Shown piece by piece: positions 1 to 12,517 of a DNA stretch of 64,000 nucleotides. The position numbers and the translations under genes are program-made. Location: the NCBI GenBank assembly GCA_028534125.1, contig CM052824.1, positions 61,194,001 through 61,258,000 of the forward strand. The letters run 5' to 3'. Numbering within the stretch: the stretch's first letter is position 1; the number at the start of each line of letters is the position of its first letter. The DNA comes from Lama glama. Its lineage: Eukaryota. The notes under the pieces were generated by a model, which ran no database searches, had not been told where the DNA came from, and saw only the letters and a program-made list of their open reading frames with translations.

Positions 1-759
1 GCAGTCTCAGCCCTTTCAGATGATTCTTTTGGTATTACAATATCTCTAAATTGGTGGATTTTGGACTTTTTGACCAAAACTCAAAATAAGAAATACATTT
101 TATGTATCACTACCCACACTTGAAAAATTAAAAAAAAATACATACCTCTCTTCAGTGCAGTCATCTCAGGTGTTTTCTATTCTGGTCTACTTCATTAAAA
201 AATACTATTTCCAATCCATTAGACTGAGTTCACACTTGCTAATCAAATACAATTCTCATGTCCCTGCGTTTTGTTTTCATTGCAGGTGTTACCTGTTGGC
301 CTCTCTTGTGCTGCCCCCTCCATCCCTCCTCTGACCTGGCGGCCCGTGAGTCGGGGTGTGTGAAAGTCTGTTTACATGACTGACCACGGACGGGCTGGCA
401 GCTGTCGCTGCTTTTCTTTCCCTCTGCATGTTGTTTTCCCTGGTTTTCTCTCTTCTCTCCGGTTGGTCTGGTTCTCTGTGCCCTCGTCACAGTTTCAGCA
501 CCAAGTTCTCAGCCCGGCTCGCAGGAGCATCCAAGGTTTGCTCATCTCAGGACAGAGTCTCTTCCTGGACTTCCTGCTCGTCCAGCAGCGGCAGGCCCGC
601 CGCACTTGGGCTCAGCTTTGTTCCTGGGGCATCCCGCAGACACTCTCTCCTTCCCTGATCCTTCCGTTTTCTTCCCCTTACTTTGCAAGAGCCCGTCCTC
701 CATAGTTTCCTGCGGAAAGAAACACAAGAGAAAATTTTGCAATTTTGCAAATCTGCAGA

Positions 760-1260
760 TGTCTCTACTGGATCCTGTTTCTTGGTTGACAGTGTGGCTG
801 GATGTGGAATTCTAGGTTGGAGATCGTTTCCTACAAAATCCTGCAGGTCTTGCTCTGCTGTCCTCCAGTTCCCAGTGCTGCTGATTAGAGAAGTAAACTT
901 GCTTTGAGGCCAGCTCCTTTGTCAGTAGCAGACTCTCGAGGCCCTCGTTCCTTCATGCCAGCATTCCCAGTGGCACACTTTAGTGTGGCTCTTTTCGCCC
1001 CATGGAAGGCCGGTTCAGCCTGGGCTTGCCTGACCTTCAGCTCTGAGGCAGTTTCTTGAACTGTTTTGTGTAATTCCCTCCCCTCCATTTCTGCTGTTTC
1101 TGAAGCTCCTGTTATTGGATGATTTTCTCTTCTGTTTGCCATTTCATGGGCACCTTCAGCATTTCCCTCTAATCCACTTAATGAATTTTTTTCATTTCTG
1201 TTACCTTCTTTTCAATTTTTTAGAGACTTTCATTTTCTCAGTGTGTTTAGCATGCCTGGT
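760..1260 (-). mobile_element. Old, degenerate L1M-type LINE fragment
   Basis: T-rich tracts such as GATGTGGAATTCTAGGTTGG and TCCATTTCTGCTGTTTCTGAAGCTCCTGTTATTGGATG are typical of antisense ancient L1. No intact ORF; boundaries approximate. Confidence 0.4.
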
Positions 1261-1527
1261 TGTTTCCTGGGTGTGACGTCGCCTCTTCTGGGAGGATGTT
1301 AATGAGACGTCATTTCTCTGCTGACCCCCCCTACCCTGCAGCCTTGTTCCAGGCGGGCTTCTCTGCCTGTTGGCTTTGGCCTCCATTTCCCACACTAGTG
1401 GGCCTCCTCTGCTGGCGCTTCGTTGTCTGCTTCTGTTTGACAGTGGGGTCCACAAAACAGGACCCCCAGAAGTGGCTCTATGTGCCCTTTCCCACTTCAG
1501 GGGGAAGCCGGGACTCTGGCGACCAAG

Positions 1528-1647
1528 TAGGGTTGCCAACTTTAGCAAATAAAAATAGAGGACCCCTTGTTAAAAGTGAATTTCAGGTAAACAACAGATA
1601 ACCTGTCAGTATAAACGTGTCCTGTTCAGTGTTTACCTGCAGTCCTG
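1528..1647. mobile_element. MER53-like non-autonomous hAT DNA transposon remnant
   Basis: Begins TAGGGTTGCCAACTTTAGCAAATAAAAATAGAGGACCCCTTGTTAAAAGTGAATTTCAGGTAAACAA, closely resembling the MER53 terminal sequence as recalled. Right end approximate. Confidence 0.6.
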
Positions 1648-3926
1648 ACATGTGAGGCATGGCAGGGCGGGCAGGAGGGTCCCCGTCTCCATGTCAGAGG
1701 CTGCGGCCAGCTCGCAGGGCTCGGGCCCGCTTGGAAGTTTCGCTTTCCGAAGGTGGGACAATGTGAGCTTCCCAGGGGTGAACCTTTCACTGCACTGGGT
1801 TGAAACACAATTGTATTGAAGTCCACTGGGCAGCCGTGGAGGGTGCAGAGACCAAGTCCCAGGGTCTCTCACTTGCCGAGAATGTGATTAGATTCTTGGG
1901 TTGTATGACCGGGAACATTCTCTGAGCATGTCAGTGGAACTCCCTGTCTTCCTGGAAACCAAAATGTTGCATATGATTATGAAGCTCCCGTTCTGACTAG
2001 CCTACCTACACCGAAAGGCTCTTGCTTAGATTTAAAATGGAGAACATGCAAATTCCATGAAGAAAAAGGAAACTGAACTTCTGCCTTAGAAGTGTTCACC
2101 TTTTGAAAAAAGTTACTTTCTTGCAGAATCCACAGCCAAAAAAAAAAAGAAAAGCTGGAACAATGGTTGTCACGGGATAAGAAGCCAACGTCACCAAGGA
2201 GACTTCACTTCATAGAAGCATTAATATCGTCTAACTGCTGGGATGGGAAATGTGGAGTTTTACAAAGTTGTATGAGAAAAAGGCTAAGTGATATTTTTCA
2301 TCAAGATGACCCTGGACAAATTAGACGCCTTCCTAATTCTGCCTTGAACGGCTGTGTCTTTCCCCTGACGTCATGAACCGTGTGAGACAATGGAGGATAG
2401 TATCATGGGTTTGGGAAGAATCAGGTTTATTTACTTATGCAAAGCTTACTTAACTTTCCTAAATTTCCTGGTTTGGTTTTATGTCTCAGGTAAGTTATTT
2501 TTTTCCCCCAAAATACTTAAAATCATATAAATGTATATGTTTATGTTTAAACATATATTTTTAAAATGTTTATATTTCACTAAAATAACTGATCTCTTTT
2601 GTATAGGATTTACTCCTGTAACCCAGATGGAGCTCTGAATTGTCTGCATGTCATTTGTGCACCTGTCGCCGAGGTGCACCTGTGCAGGGATTACAGCACC
2701 CCCCCCCCCCGCCTGGCCCTCACTGTGCGATCTTGCTGCTCCTCCCCCTGGGCTCCCTTGGGTCTGGCTGTGACCTGCTCTTACCAGTAGAAAGAGGCAG
2801 ATGCTTCCAAGCTCTGGCCGCAAGGGTTCTGGCAGCTTCTATCAGTGGAAGGAAGCCTGGCGTAGGCGGCCAAGCGACAGGTCACGTGGTGGGAAGAGGC
2901 CGCGTGGACAGAAGACCCGGGTAGTGGCCGCCCCGACCCCCAGTTGCTGAAGTGAAGCCATGGGGCTCGTCAGCCCCCGTGAGCCACCCCAGCAGCACCA
3001 TGTGCCCCAGGACCTGGGCAGCCAGGGACCCTCCTGCGCCTTCCATGAGGGGAGCCATGCTCCTGCTTTTTCTCTGTAAATCATTTGGAATTCTCCTGCA
3101 TGAAGAATTCCATTTACGTGAGCAGCCACTTATTTCTGGGAGTGTGACTTTCCATTTCAGGTTACAGTCCAGCACCCCTGGCTCCAGCTCTTGGCCCTGG
3201 GCCCCCACCCCCTAGTTCTTTTTTCTTTTTTTCCCAACACTTCCTTTCCAGCAGTACAGGCTCTCCAGGTTTATTTAGTATGTTTCCTCCCAGCCCTAAA
3301 GGCAGCCATTTCTCCAAGGAGCCCTGGTTCCTTTGTTGGAAAACAATCTTAGAAACCAAGGTCTGGAGCTGGGCACGCTCACTGCTGCGGGCCTTCGCAG
3401 ACAACAGAGGTGGCCCTGCATCAGCACATCCACCGCCGTTTTCACGCGCCTGTGTTTGTGTCTGCTAACACGAGTTCGTCTCATTGTCCCCAGCTGTTGC
3501 CCAGGGCCATGTGGGTCTTCCCAGCCCCTCTCCTTACCCTCTCGTGTAATCGCTCAGTTCCGTGTTCCTGTATGGAGTGTCAGAGCGGATAAACCACAGC
3601 CTCGGGGAAGCAACTCTGTCAGCTCAAATGAAAACACCATCCCTTACCGACTCACCAGAAAGTCGGTGGACACGGGCATCTTGTGGGTGAGGTGACTCAC
3701 ATCTGATGGAAGTAAATCGATGGTTCCTGACTCCTGGCTACAGAAATGATGAAGCGATAAGGATGATGAGGAGATCTTCCTGGCGTGACGGGAAAGATGG
3801 AAATGCAGAAGCCACCTTGCCACCCGGGGTCTGGCTCCAGTTCATGAGCAACGTGAGCAGTGTCTGCATGTTGGTTGGCTGGCCTCCCCGCACCTTCTCA
3901 AACAGAACAGGCCAGTGGGGAGAGCA

Positions 3927-4341
3927 CAGGTGGGCTGCAGGGCGCCACGGGTCAGGCTTCGGCCACTGCAGTAAAGTGAATGCCATGACAAAACGAGGCA
4001 CACACATTCTGTGGTTTCCCGGCCTATGTAAAAGCCACATTTATACCATAATCTATTAAGTGCATAACAGCATTATGTCTAAAAAGTGCACATGCATTAG
4101 TTAAAAAATTTGTTATCTCTAAAAAATGCGAACCATCATCTGGGCCTTCAGTGAGTCATACCTTTCTTGCTGGTGGAGGGTTAAAAATGTGAGAATTACC
4201 AAAATGTGACACAGAAGCACGGGGTGAGCAAGTGCTGTTGGGAAAACGGCACTGGTGGGCTTGCCTGACGCAGGGTCACCACAGACCTTCAGTTTGTAAA
4301 AATGCATCATCTGTGAAGCGCAGTAAAGTGAGGTGTGCCTG
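3927..4341. mobile_element. Internally deleted Tigger1-family (TcMar-Tigger) DNA transposon
   Basis: One Tigger1 end (CTATTAAGTGCATAACAGCATTATGTCTAAAAA...CTTGCTGGTGGAGGGT) is joined directly to the other (GAGAATTACCAAAATGTGACACAGA...AGTAAAGTGAGGTGTGCCTG), with degenerate CAGG...CCTG termini. Confidence 0.75.
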
Positions 4342-7300
4342 TTCCCGTCAAAGACACCACGCAGGAAACCGCTTGCCGAGGGTTTGACCATGACTGCTAA
4401 AATCCTTGGTCTTGGGTTCTTGATGGTTTCTCAGGGTGAAGGGGTTGCCTGGTCCATGAAATAATGCTTCTGTGTTTCCAAGTGTTCTTGTCTGTATTTT
4501 CAAATCACTGTCTCGATGCATCAGTGGTCTCTCAGCCCCATCTCAGCGTGTCATCTGACTTGTGGGCCTCCACCAGCAGGGCTGAGAGCCCCCTCGGGAC
4601 GCACAGACCATCAGACATGGGATCTGGAGTCCCCTGGCCCATGGAGTGAGACAGTGCCGTAGCAGACCACCAGGACTCCCGAAGAAGGACTAACACATGC
4701 GCAAGTGACCACCTCTGGGAAGACAGCAGTGTGAGGGTGGATCGCGGGTGCTCTGGTCTGTGGGGCAGCTCCGCCCTCTGGCCTCCGCCTCACAGTGACA
4801 GTGGATCGGCACGGTTCTGGAGAAACCTGAGGGGAGCTGTGACTCAGCAGTCTGCCCACAAGCCAATCCTCAGCTGAGACACCAGTCCCTTTCCTTGTAA
4901 GACTTGTGCTTTTGTCTTTTTAAGTCCTGCCCTTGCTTTGTCCTGGGAAGCAGTTGTGTCTGTCTCCTGTTGGCAGCATGAAAAGTCAACACAAATTTAG
5001 CAGCTTCACACAGCAGGCTCGTTACCACACAGCTTCCATGGGTCAGGCTCTGGACGTGCGTTTACCGGGAGCTCCACCCAGGGTCTCACGGGGTCAGACC
5101 CGTGTCAGCCAGGGCTGTGTCCTCACCTGCGGTCCTCTTCCAGGCCCAGCTGGGTGGCTGGCAGAACCCGTTCCTCGCAGTTATAGGACCAAGGGCCGTT
5201 TTCTTCTTGATGAATGAAGTGGGTGGGGCTGCAGCCTCAGGTTTTGGCCACACAGTCGCCTCCATGAGCCCTTTCACCGCATGGCTGGTGGGAGAAGCTG
5301 ACTACTCGGCTATGAGGGAAACTCGGTCTCTGCGAGTGACAGCCCCGCACCTCTGTTGTGTGGGTGCAAAGGACTACCCCACCACAGTCTCCCCTCCCGC
5401 CACTCTAGGGGAGGACCTTGGAGTTCTGTCCACCACCTGGCCCTTGGAGGGTCATTTTCCTGGTATGTTCCTGTAAATCCTGGCAGCTCTAAACAAACTA
5501 TCTTGGCATTTCCTGCATCACCAGACCACATCTCTCCTGATTGTAAACCCCTCAGGCCTCATCCTGCCGGGTGTGAATGAGAGCCAGGCCACAGCCCTGC
5601 AGACCTGTGCGCCAAGCCCCACCCTCCCTCCCCCTACAGGCAGCTTCCTGGGCGCCGGCCTGGCTGTCCACTTGTGGGGTCGCTCCCTAGGAAGCTGTCC
5701 CTGTGAGTCTCGCGTTTCAGATGATGCCATTTATCTGTGAGCAGGCCTCCTCTAACAGCCCAAAGAGGGCAGGAGCTTGGCATCCAGTTCGGGGCTGACT
5801 CCCAGTGCATGGCACACAGTGGGTGCACAGGAAGTGTTTGCTGAATGTTGAACAGCACGTGTGAGCACGTGTCTGTGTTTCAGGTTGTGCTCTTGAGTGC
5901 CTGTGGTTTTTCCTCCCCATGAGCCTGGCTGCCTGGAATGTCCGAGTCCCCAGGATTGGAGCCAGACTCTGATTCTCAGGCTCAGTTGGGCTGGCTGCCC
6001 CTCCTCGTCCTGTCCAGCCTCTACTCCTAGGAGAGGGGATGTGGGTCTGGCTCTGGTCTGGCTGGGGCTGGCCTGGAACTCAGGGGGACCACAGTGATGT
6101 TGGTGGCTGTTCAGTTCCGATCTGTTCTCTCTTGGGCTCTGCTTCCATCTGTGACTACTTCCTGCCAAGGACTGGGGAGGTGGGCTCAAGCAGGGAGAGG
6201 ACGGGGCAGGGAAGAGGGGTTGCAGCATTCTACTGCAGTGGTGCAAGGGGGTGGGGGTCCTCCTTCAGACTTCTGCTTTTGGGCTGAGCTGAGGGCTGGA
6301 TCTGCAGCACAGGGGCGCCACCAGGCCTCAGCACAGGGCCTGAGGCCAGGGAACCTACTGGGAGAGGGAGTTTAGGGTGTGGACCAGGCGGGGAGCGGAC
6401 CCTGTCCCCTCCCAGGCTGCGGGGCCGGACCTGGTTCATCTCTGCCTCCCTCCAGCCCTGCTTGGACATCTTCCCTCCACGAAGGAGAGACAGCCTGGCA
6501 GCCAGAGGCAGGAACAGAGGGCAGAGGTGGAGGCCAGCGCAGTAGAGACCAAAGGAGAGAGGCAGACATGGGTGGGGGCGCAGACGAAGGCTGGGAGGGA
6601 GGCTGCAGTGCTAATGTAAACCAGTTAGAAAAACAGGGGGAGAGGCCAGGCCTCAAGGCCAGCCAGGCAGGGCTTGTTTTTCCAGAATGAAAGGCCCAGG
6701 GAGGAGCTAGAGTGGGGTGGGGAGATGAGCCCTGATTCCAGTTTGGAAAGGGCTCCGCCTCCCAGGGCCTGGATCTTGCAGAGGGAAATAGGTCCGTTAG
6801 GTTGGGGGTGGGGTGTTCTCCCAGCTGGTCCTACCTGTTATCACCCCTCACTCCCTCCTACTGCAGCAGCAGCCTCCTCCCCTTCCCTGGAGCCAGAGAG
6901 TCTGGCTGGGCTGGGCTCCTCGCTCGCTCTTCTGAGGACTTGGGGACCAGGGCAGGGTTCAAGAATGAGACTCCGGCCCACCAGGGCCTGGGACCTGTGA
7001 CAATAATTCAGTCCAAATGGGCAGTCTGAAAAATGCATTGTGGCTTTCTGTGGTGATGTGGTGGAGTTTTTCTTTTCTTTTTCTTTTTTCGAGGTTTGCT
7101 TAACTAGAGAGAGTGGGTTTGGTACACAGTGCGAGGTCTGTGATTTCACATTTGTTTATGTGACTCTGTAAGTTTTCCCAGAGCTTCAAATTTGTGCCTT
7201 CTGTTGGGAAGGCTCCCATACCCCACCCCTTCCTTCCCTTCCTGGGAGCAGTGGGGGTGCTCCTGGGAGCAGGGCACCCAGGTCTGGACGGGGTTTCATG

Positions 7301-7499
7301 GGCACCATGCTGTGCCCCTGATAGTGAGCAGATGGGGGCAGGGGCACCAGGACAGAGGGGCACTGGGCTGGCCCCACTCAGTGCTCAGGGTCCCCACCCC
7401 TCATCTCCCCGGCTAGCTCTCTGGATGGTGCAGTTGACGTAGACAGCAATGCCCATCCTGTTGTCTGGAGGGAGCCCCCCTGTACCTCCCCAGGGCTGG

Positions 7500-7560
7500 T
7501 GCTACTCTTATCCCCACTACACAGATGAGGAAATGCAGCCCCCAGAGGAGACGGGCCTGC
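7500..7560. mobile_element. MIR SINE core fragment
   Basis: TTATCCCCACTACACAGATGAGGAAATGCAG resembles the MIR core (CCCATTTTACAGATGAGGAAACTGAG). Confidence 0.45.
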
Positions 7561-8084
7561 GCGGGTCATCACGTGGCAGCCTGGGCTCCTTGGGGGTCCG
7601 ACCTCAGGATGCCTTTCTTCTGGCCCCCAGTGGAGGGATGCCTTGGGCCAATGTCCCCCTACAGAGGAGGGGGCGAGGGGTGCTCACCCCAGAACCCCAG
7701 GCCTGCAGTGGCCCCAGAGGGGCCCTGTGTGTCACAGACATCTACAGGGTATCCAGGGCCATGCCTTCAGGCTTTGGGGCCCTCCTGCCCCTCCTAGGGC
7801 TGAGCTACTGCCCCCTTCTTCAGGACCTGAGCCAGAGGGGGAGCCAAGTCTCTGCTCTGACTCCCCTCACCGTCTGGGGCATAGTGGCCAAGGCCCTACC
7901 CCTCCCACTAGGCCAGCTAAGGATCTGGGGAGGCCAAGAGGCTGGGCAGGAGCGAAGAGGGCGGTCGGTCTGCAGGGCTCCGTGATGTCATGGCGGGTTC
8001 TGAGGAGGGGGAGGGGGGCGGGCTGTTTTTCTGGAGAGTTAGAGCCTGAGCGAGACAAAGCGGCCAGAGGGCCAGGCGGGCGCC

Positions 8085-11000
8085 ATGGAGCTGCGGGCCC
8101 AGGTCCTGCTCTGGAAACTTGTGCTTCTGCAGAGTGAGTTCGGGTGGGTGGGGGTCAGGAGGCAAAAGCAACCAGTGGGGCTGAGTGAGTTTGTGTTCAG
8201 GGCTGCGCTGCCTGTCTCAGCTCAAGCCCGGGGTGGGGTGGGAGGAGGGACGCCCCACCCCGAAGGGGACGGGTCTGGGGGCCTCAGAGGGAACAGGGCA
8301 CCATGATAAGGCCCCCAGATCAACACATAACCTCCCCTTGCACAGAACTGGCCCCAGAGGGCCAAGCAGGGCAGGGAGGCTGAGGCGGGAGTGGCTCCTC
8401 TGGGTCCCTGCACACCCATTCTCCGGTCTCCCGGATGCCCCTCAGGCCTGTGCTGCTCTGCCGTCAGGAGGAGAGAGGGCTGGGGTACCAAGGGGAGCCT
8501 GGGAACCGGGGGTCGCACAGGGTCTTCTCTGGCGCCCTCTTGGGTCCTGGGCCCCTGAGCCCGCCCCCAGGGCTGGCCTGCTGACCGGGCACATTCCTGC
8601 GTCCAGTCCAGGCGCGCAGCCACATCTCTGGTGCAGGAATTTGGCTTGTGGGGTGGCAGATGGTGGGGTCACTTCCCACATCCAGGCTTCTCATGCTTTA
8701 GGAAGGCCGAGGGGCTTCTGGGGTTGGGCACCAGTTGTCAGAGGACCTTGGAAGGCAGGTGCATGTGTCACACTGGATATGCATGTGCAAGGAGCCCCCC
8801 AAACTGGCCCGAGGTGTCAGGCCCTGGTGCTCTTGTGGCCTTGCCGCAGTGTTGGGGATGGTGGCCACCACTCCTCAGGGTGGCCCTTGGTGACATGCAC
8901 ACTCCAGAGCTGGCCTGCCCACGGTCTAACCCTGGCTCCAGCCCTCATCCCCCAAAGGGCCAGCTGCTCTCCCCACACCCCAGGCAGGTGGCCATGAGGA
9001 TTGTGTGGGAGCCTGGGAGAGGTAGGGGGAAGAGACCCTCACCTGTGTCCTCCGGGCTGCTCTGGCTTTAACTCCACCTGTTAAGTGGTGTCATTAGCAC
9101 CACCTCAGCGAGGACTGTAGAAGGGATCCAGGGGACCAAGTGGGGGTCCAGTCTGGGTGGGTGACCCTGATGTAGAGGCTCAGGTGCCCCCCTGGCCCCA
9201 GTGTGACTCACTCTCCCTCTTCTTCCAGGCTCTACTGTCCTTCTGTCCTCAGGTTAGTGACCGCCCTCCCTGGGAACTCCATCAGTCCTTCTGTTGTCTT
9301 GCTTGTCCCACCCTGCACCTGGACTCTTGGGCCACACCCCTCCCCCAGTGACGCTCCCTTCTCACCAGGGCCGTCGGGGACCGCGACCGCCGGCAGCTCC
9401 GTGGTGTCCGAGTCCGCAGTGAGCTGGGCGGCCGGTGCCCGGGCCGTGCTGCGTTGCCAGAGCCCGCGTATGGTGTGGACCCAAGACCGGCTGCACGACC
9501 GCCAGCGCGTGGTCCACTGGGACTTCAGCAGCGGCCCAGCCGGTGGCCCTGCGCGCCGGCTCGTGGACATGTACTCGGCGGGCGAGCAGCGCGTTTATGA
9601 GCCCCGCGACCGCCGCCGCCTCCAGCTGCCTCCCTCCGCCTTCCACGACGGCAACTTCTCACTGTTCATCCGCGGTACGGGTCATGGAACCGCGGCGGCG
9701 GCCTGGGGGCTCCGGGGGCGTGGGCAGGGTCCACGCAGCTCACGGCTGCGTTTTCTCCCGGTGCGTAGCGGTGGAGGAGACGGACGAGGGGCTGTACACC
9801 TGTAACCTGCATCACCATTACTGCCACCTCTACGAGAGCCTGGCCGTGCTCCTCAAGGTCACTGATGACCGTGAGTGTCCCCCTTCCGCCCGTTCGCACC
9901 CCCCTCCTGGCTCTCTCCCGGGCCCGGGTCCCTAACCGACTCGCTCCCCCAGCCCGGGCGGCCGGCGCGCACTGGGACGGCGAGAAGGAGGTGCTGGCTG
10001 TGGAGCGTGGGGCGCCCGCGCTGCTGACGTGCGTGAACCGCGCGCACGTGTGGACCGACCGGCACCTGGAGGAGGCGCAGCAGGTGGTGCACTGGGACCG
10101 GCAGCCGCCCGGGGTGCCGCATGACCGCGCAGACCGCCTGCTCGACCTGTACGCGTCGGGCGAGCGCCGCGCCTACGGGCCGCCCTTCCTGCGCGACCGC
10201 GTGGCGGTGGGGACGGACGCCTTCGCGCGCGGCGATTTCTCGCTGCGCATCGACCCCCTGGAGCCTGCAGACGAGGGCACCTACTCCTGCCACCTGCACC
10301 ACCACTACTGCGGCCTGCACGAGCGCCGCGTCTTCCACCTGAGAGTCACCGAGCCCGCCGCCCAGCCGCCCCCGCGGAACTCGCCGGGCAACGGCTCCAG
10401 CCACAGCAGCGCCCCCGGCCCAGGTGCAGAAGGCCGCCCTGGGAGCCTGGGGAACGTCTCCGGGGAAGGGAACGGCGAGGCGCGTTTGGCAGCAGCCAAC
10501 CTCCCTGATCCACTCCTGTCACACATCAGGAACCTGGGTGTGAGCGGAGGGGAGGCCCCGGGGGCGGCGGCCACCCGTCCCTTACCAAGACCCATGCGGC
10601 GCCGCTGGGGAGGCACGGTCGGGGTGCACTGCTCGGTGGGTCTCGCCGGGCGCTCCCTGACGCTGCCCCCGCACGGCCCCAGCAGACCCCACGCTGGCGC
10701 GCGGACGCAGCGTCATCAACGTCATCGTCCCCGAAGGCCGAGCGCACTTCTTCCAGCAGCTGGGCTACGTGCTGGCCACCCTTCTGCTCTTCATCCTCCT
10801 GCTTATCACTGTCGTCCTGGCCACCCGACAGCGCCGCCGCGGAGGTGAGCCGAGGCTCCACAGCGCAGGGCCTGAGCCCAGAACTAGGAAGCCTTTCCCG
10901 ACCCGAGGTCTGGGGTGTGGGGGCCTGAGCAGAGGGCCCAGTGAGCCCGGGTGCTGGGTTTGGGAGGGTTCTTCTGGGCTAGGGGAGCAGGGGAGGGAAC

Positions 11001-11669
11001 GAGGCTGACCCCAACACGAGTCTCCCTCCCCAGGCTACGAATACTCCGACAAGAAGTTGAAATCCAAGGGGTGAGTGCCCCTCCCAGCTCTCCCCGGGAC
11101 TGGGTAGACCCACCCACTACTCTAACCTCCCACCACCCTCCTCCTCCAGGAAGGACGTGAACATGGCAGAGTTTGCTGTGGCCACAGGAGATCAGGCTCT
11201 TTACAGGAGTGAGGACATCCAACTAGGTGAGGGGCCCCGTGCGACCTCAAGGGATAGACTGTGCCTCCCAGGCCTGTGGTGGGGGAGGCACATCTCTGGG
11301 AGGGCCTTCACCCTGCTCTCTCCGGGTACCAGATTACAAAAACAACATCCTGAAGGAGAGGGCTGAGCTGGCCCACAGTCCCCTGCCCCCGAAGAACATC
11401 GACTTGGACAAAGGTGAGTGGAGTTGAGGGAGGGAGACCCCTGCCCATCTCAGAGCCGGCTGGCACCCCACTGCACCTGCTCAGAACGCCAAGGCACCAG
11501 CCACACCACGGGCAGGAGTCCCCTGCCACCTCAGTGTTCCAGATGCCCCCGAGCAGTCCTCCTGGATGTCTGCCCTATTTCCCCTCCTCCCCCTGCAACA
11601 GAGAAACAGAGGGCAGACACCCACCTGTCCCCTTGGCTTCCAGAGTTCAGGAAGGAGTACTGCAAGTAA
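8085..11669 (+). CDS. MXRA8: Matrix remodeling-associated protein 8 (two Ig domains, single TM; arthritogenic alphavirus receptor), 443 aa
   Basis: join(8085..8133,9229..9252,9369..9674,9769..9870,9953..10423,10686..10844,11034..11070,11150..11226,11333..11413,11644..11669) = 1332 nt, all GT-AG and frame-consistent. Hallmarks: [36 protein letters not shown], two LHHHYC motifs, [21 protein letters not shown]-terminus FRKEYCK. Confidence 0.97.
9370..10860. promoter_or_regulatory. Intragenic CpG island over MXRA8 exons 3-6
   Basis: Dense CpG/CGCG across these exons and short introns, unlike the CpG-poor flanks. Confidence 0.7.
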
Positions 11670-12511
11670 GGTGATCCCGGGCTCCTGGCTGGGCCAGCAG
11701 CTCTGCCAGCTCCTGCCTGTCCGTCTCGGAGGACTCCTCCTGGCCCCTATGCAGCTCACCTGGCCCCCCTTCCAGCGGCTGGTTCCGCTGTCCTGGAGCT
11801 TGGCCTGGACTGGTGCAGCGTGAGGCTGCCTCCAGACCCCTCTCAGGAGCCACCCTGTCCTCACCAGCAATAGTGGGCTCCCAGGGACTGCGGGCCCTGC
11901 AGCTGTGCCCTTCAGCACCCTCGGCTGGTGCCCTTCCCTCCTCCTCCTCCTGCAGCCACCCCCCTCCCAAGTTTTCCTGGCTTCTGCCTCCTGGGGGCCC
12001 GGAGTCCCACCTCTGCAGGGCTGGGGGTGGGAAGACACTCTTGGAGGAGCTCAGGGGGAGTCTCAGAGCTGGGACTCGCCTTGGGGCTGGCACTCCCACC
12101 CTCCTCACCCTTCCTTGGGGAGTGCCTGCTGGCTCCCCTAGGCTGTACTGTGTTACCTGCCAGCTGCCGTGGCCTCTGCACGGGAACCTGAGGACTGCAT
12201 ACTCCACGCCGTGGGCTAACATCCCTTTGTGCTGCCCCGGGCCCCCTGGTGCTGCCCTGGGGCCCCTTCTCTGCTTTCCACCCTGCTCCAGCCCCATTTC
12301 CAACAAGCTGCCTTGACAGTCACTAGGCTCCACGTGACTTTTGACCCTGACCCCCTTCCCTTAGCTCCCTGGGCTGGAGTCCGGGGGTGAGGCCTCCTTT
12401 GACTTCTGTTTTGGCTGAGGACAGGAGGGGGTTGAAGATGCTTTTAGAGTGGCCAGAGCTGCCACTCCTGACACCCCACATTTGCTCATCCCAGGGAATT
12501 GCCACCGTCAC

Positions 12512-12517
12512 AATAAA
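12512..12517 (+). terminator. MXRA8 polyadenylation signal AATAAA
   Basis: AATAAA about 840 nt after the stop, followed by T/GT-rich sequence. Confidence 0.8.

Noticed and set aside
1950-2600. AT-rich patch with a 69-aa ORF (2167-2376), a possible processed pseudogene
   Set aside because: No recognisable protein in the frames examined and no poly(A) tail or TSD; cannot be called without a search.
2657-2679. 8-bp hairpin GTGCACCT...AGGTGCAC with paired CACCTG E-boxes
   Set aside because: Too short to distinguish from chance, with no supporting context.
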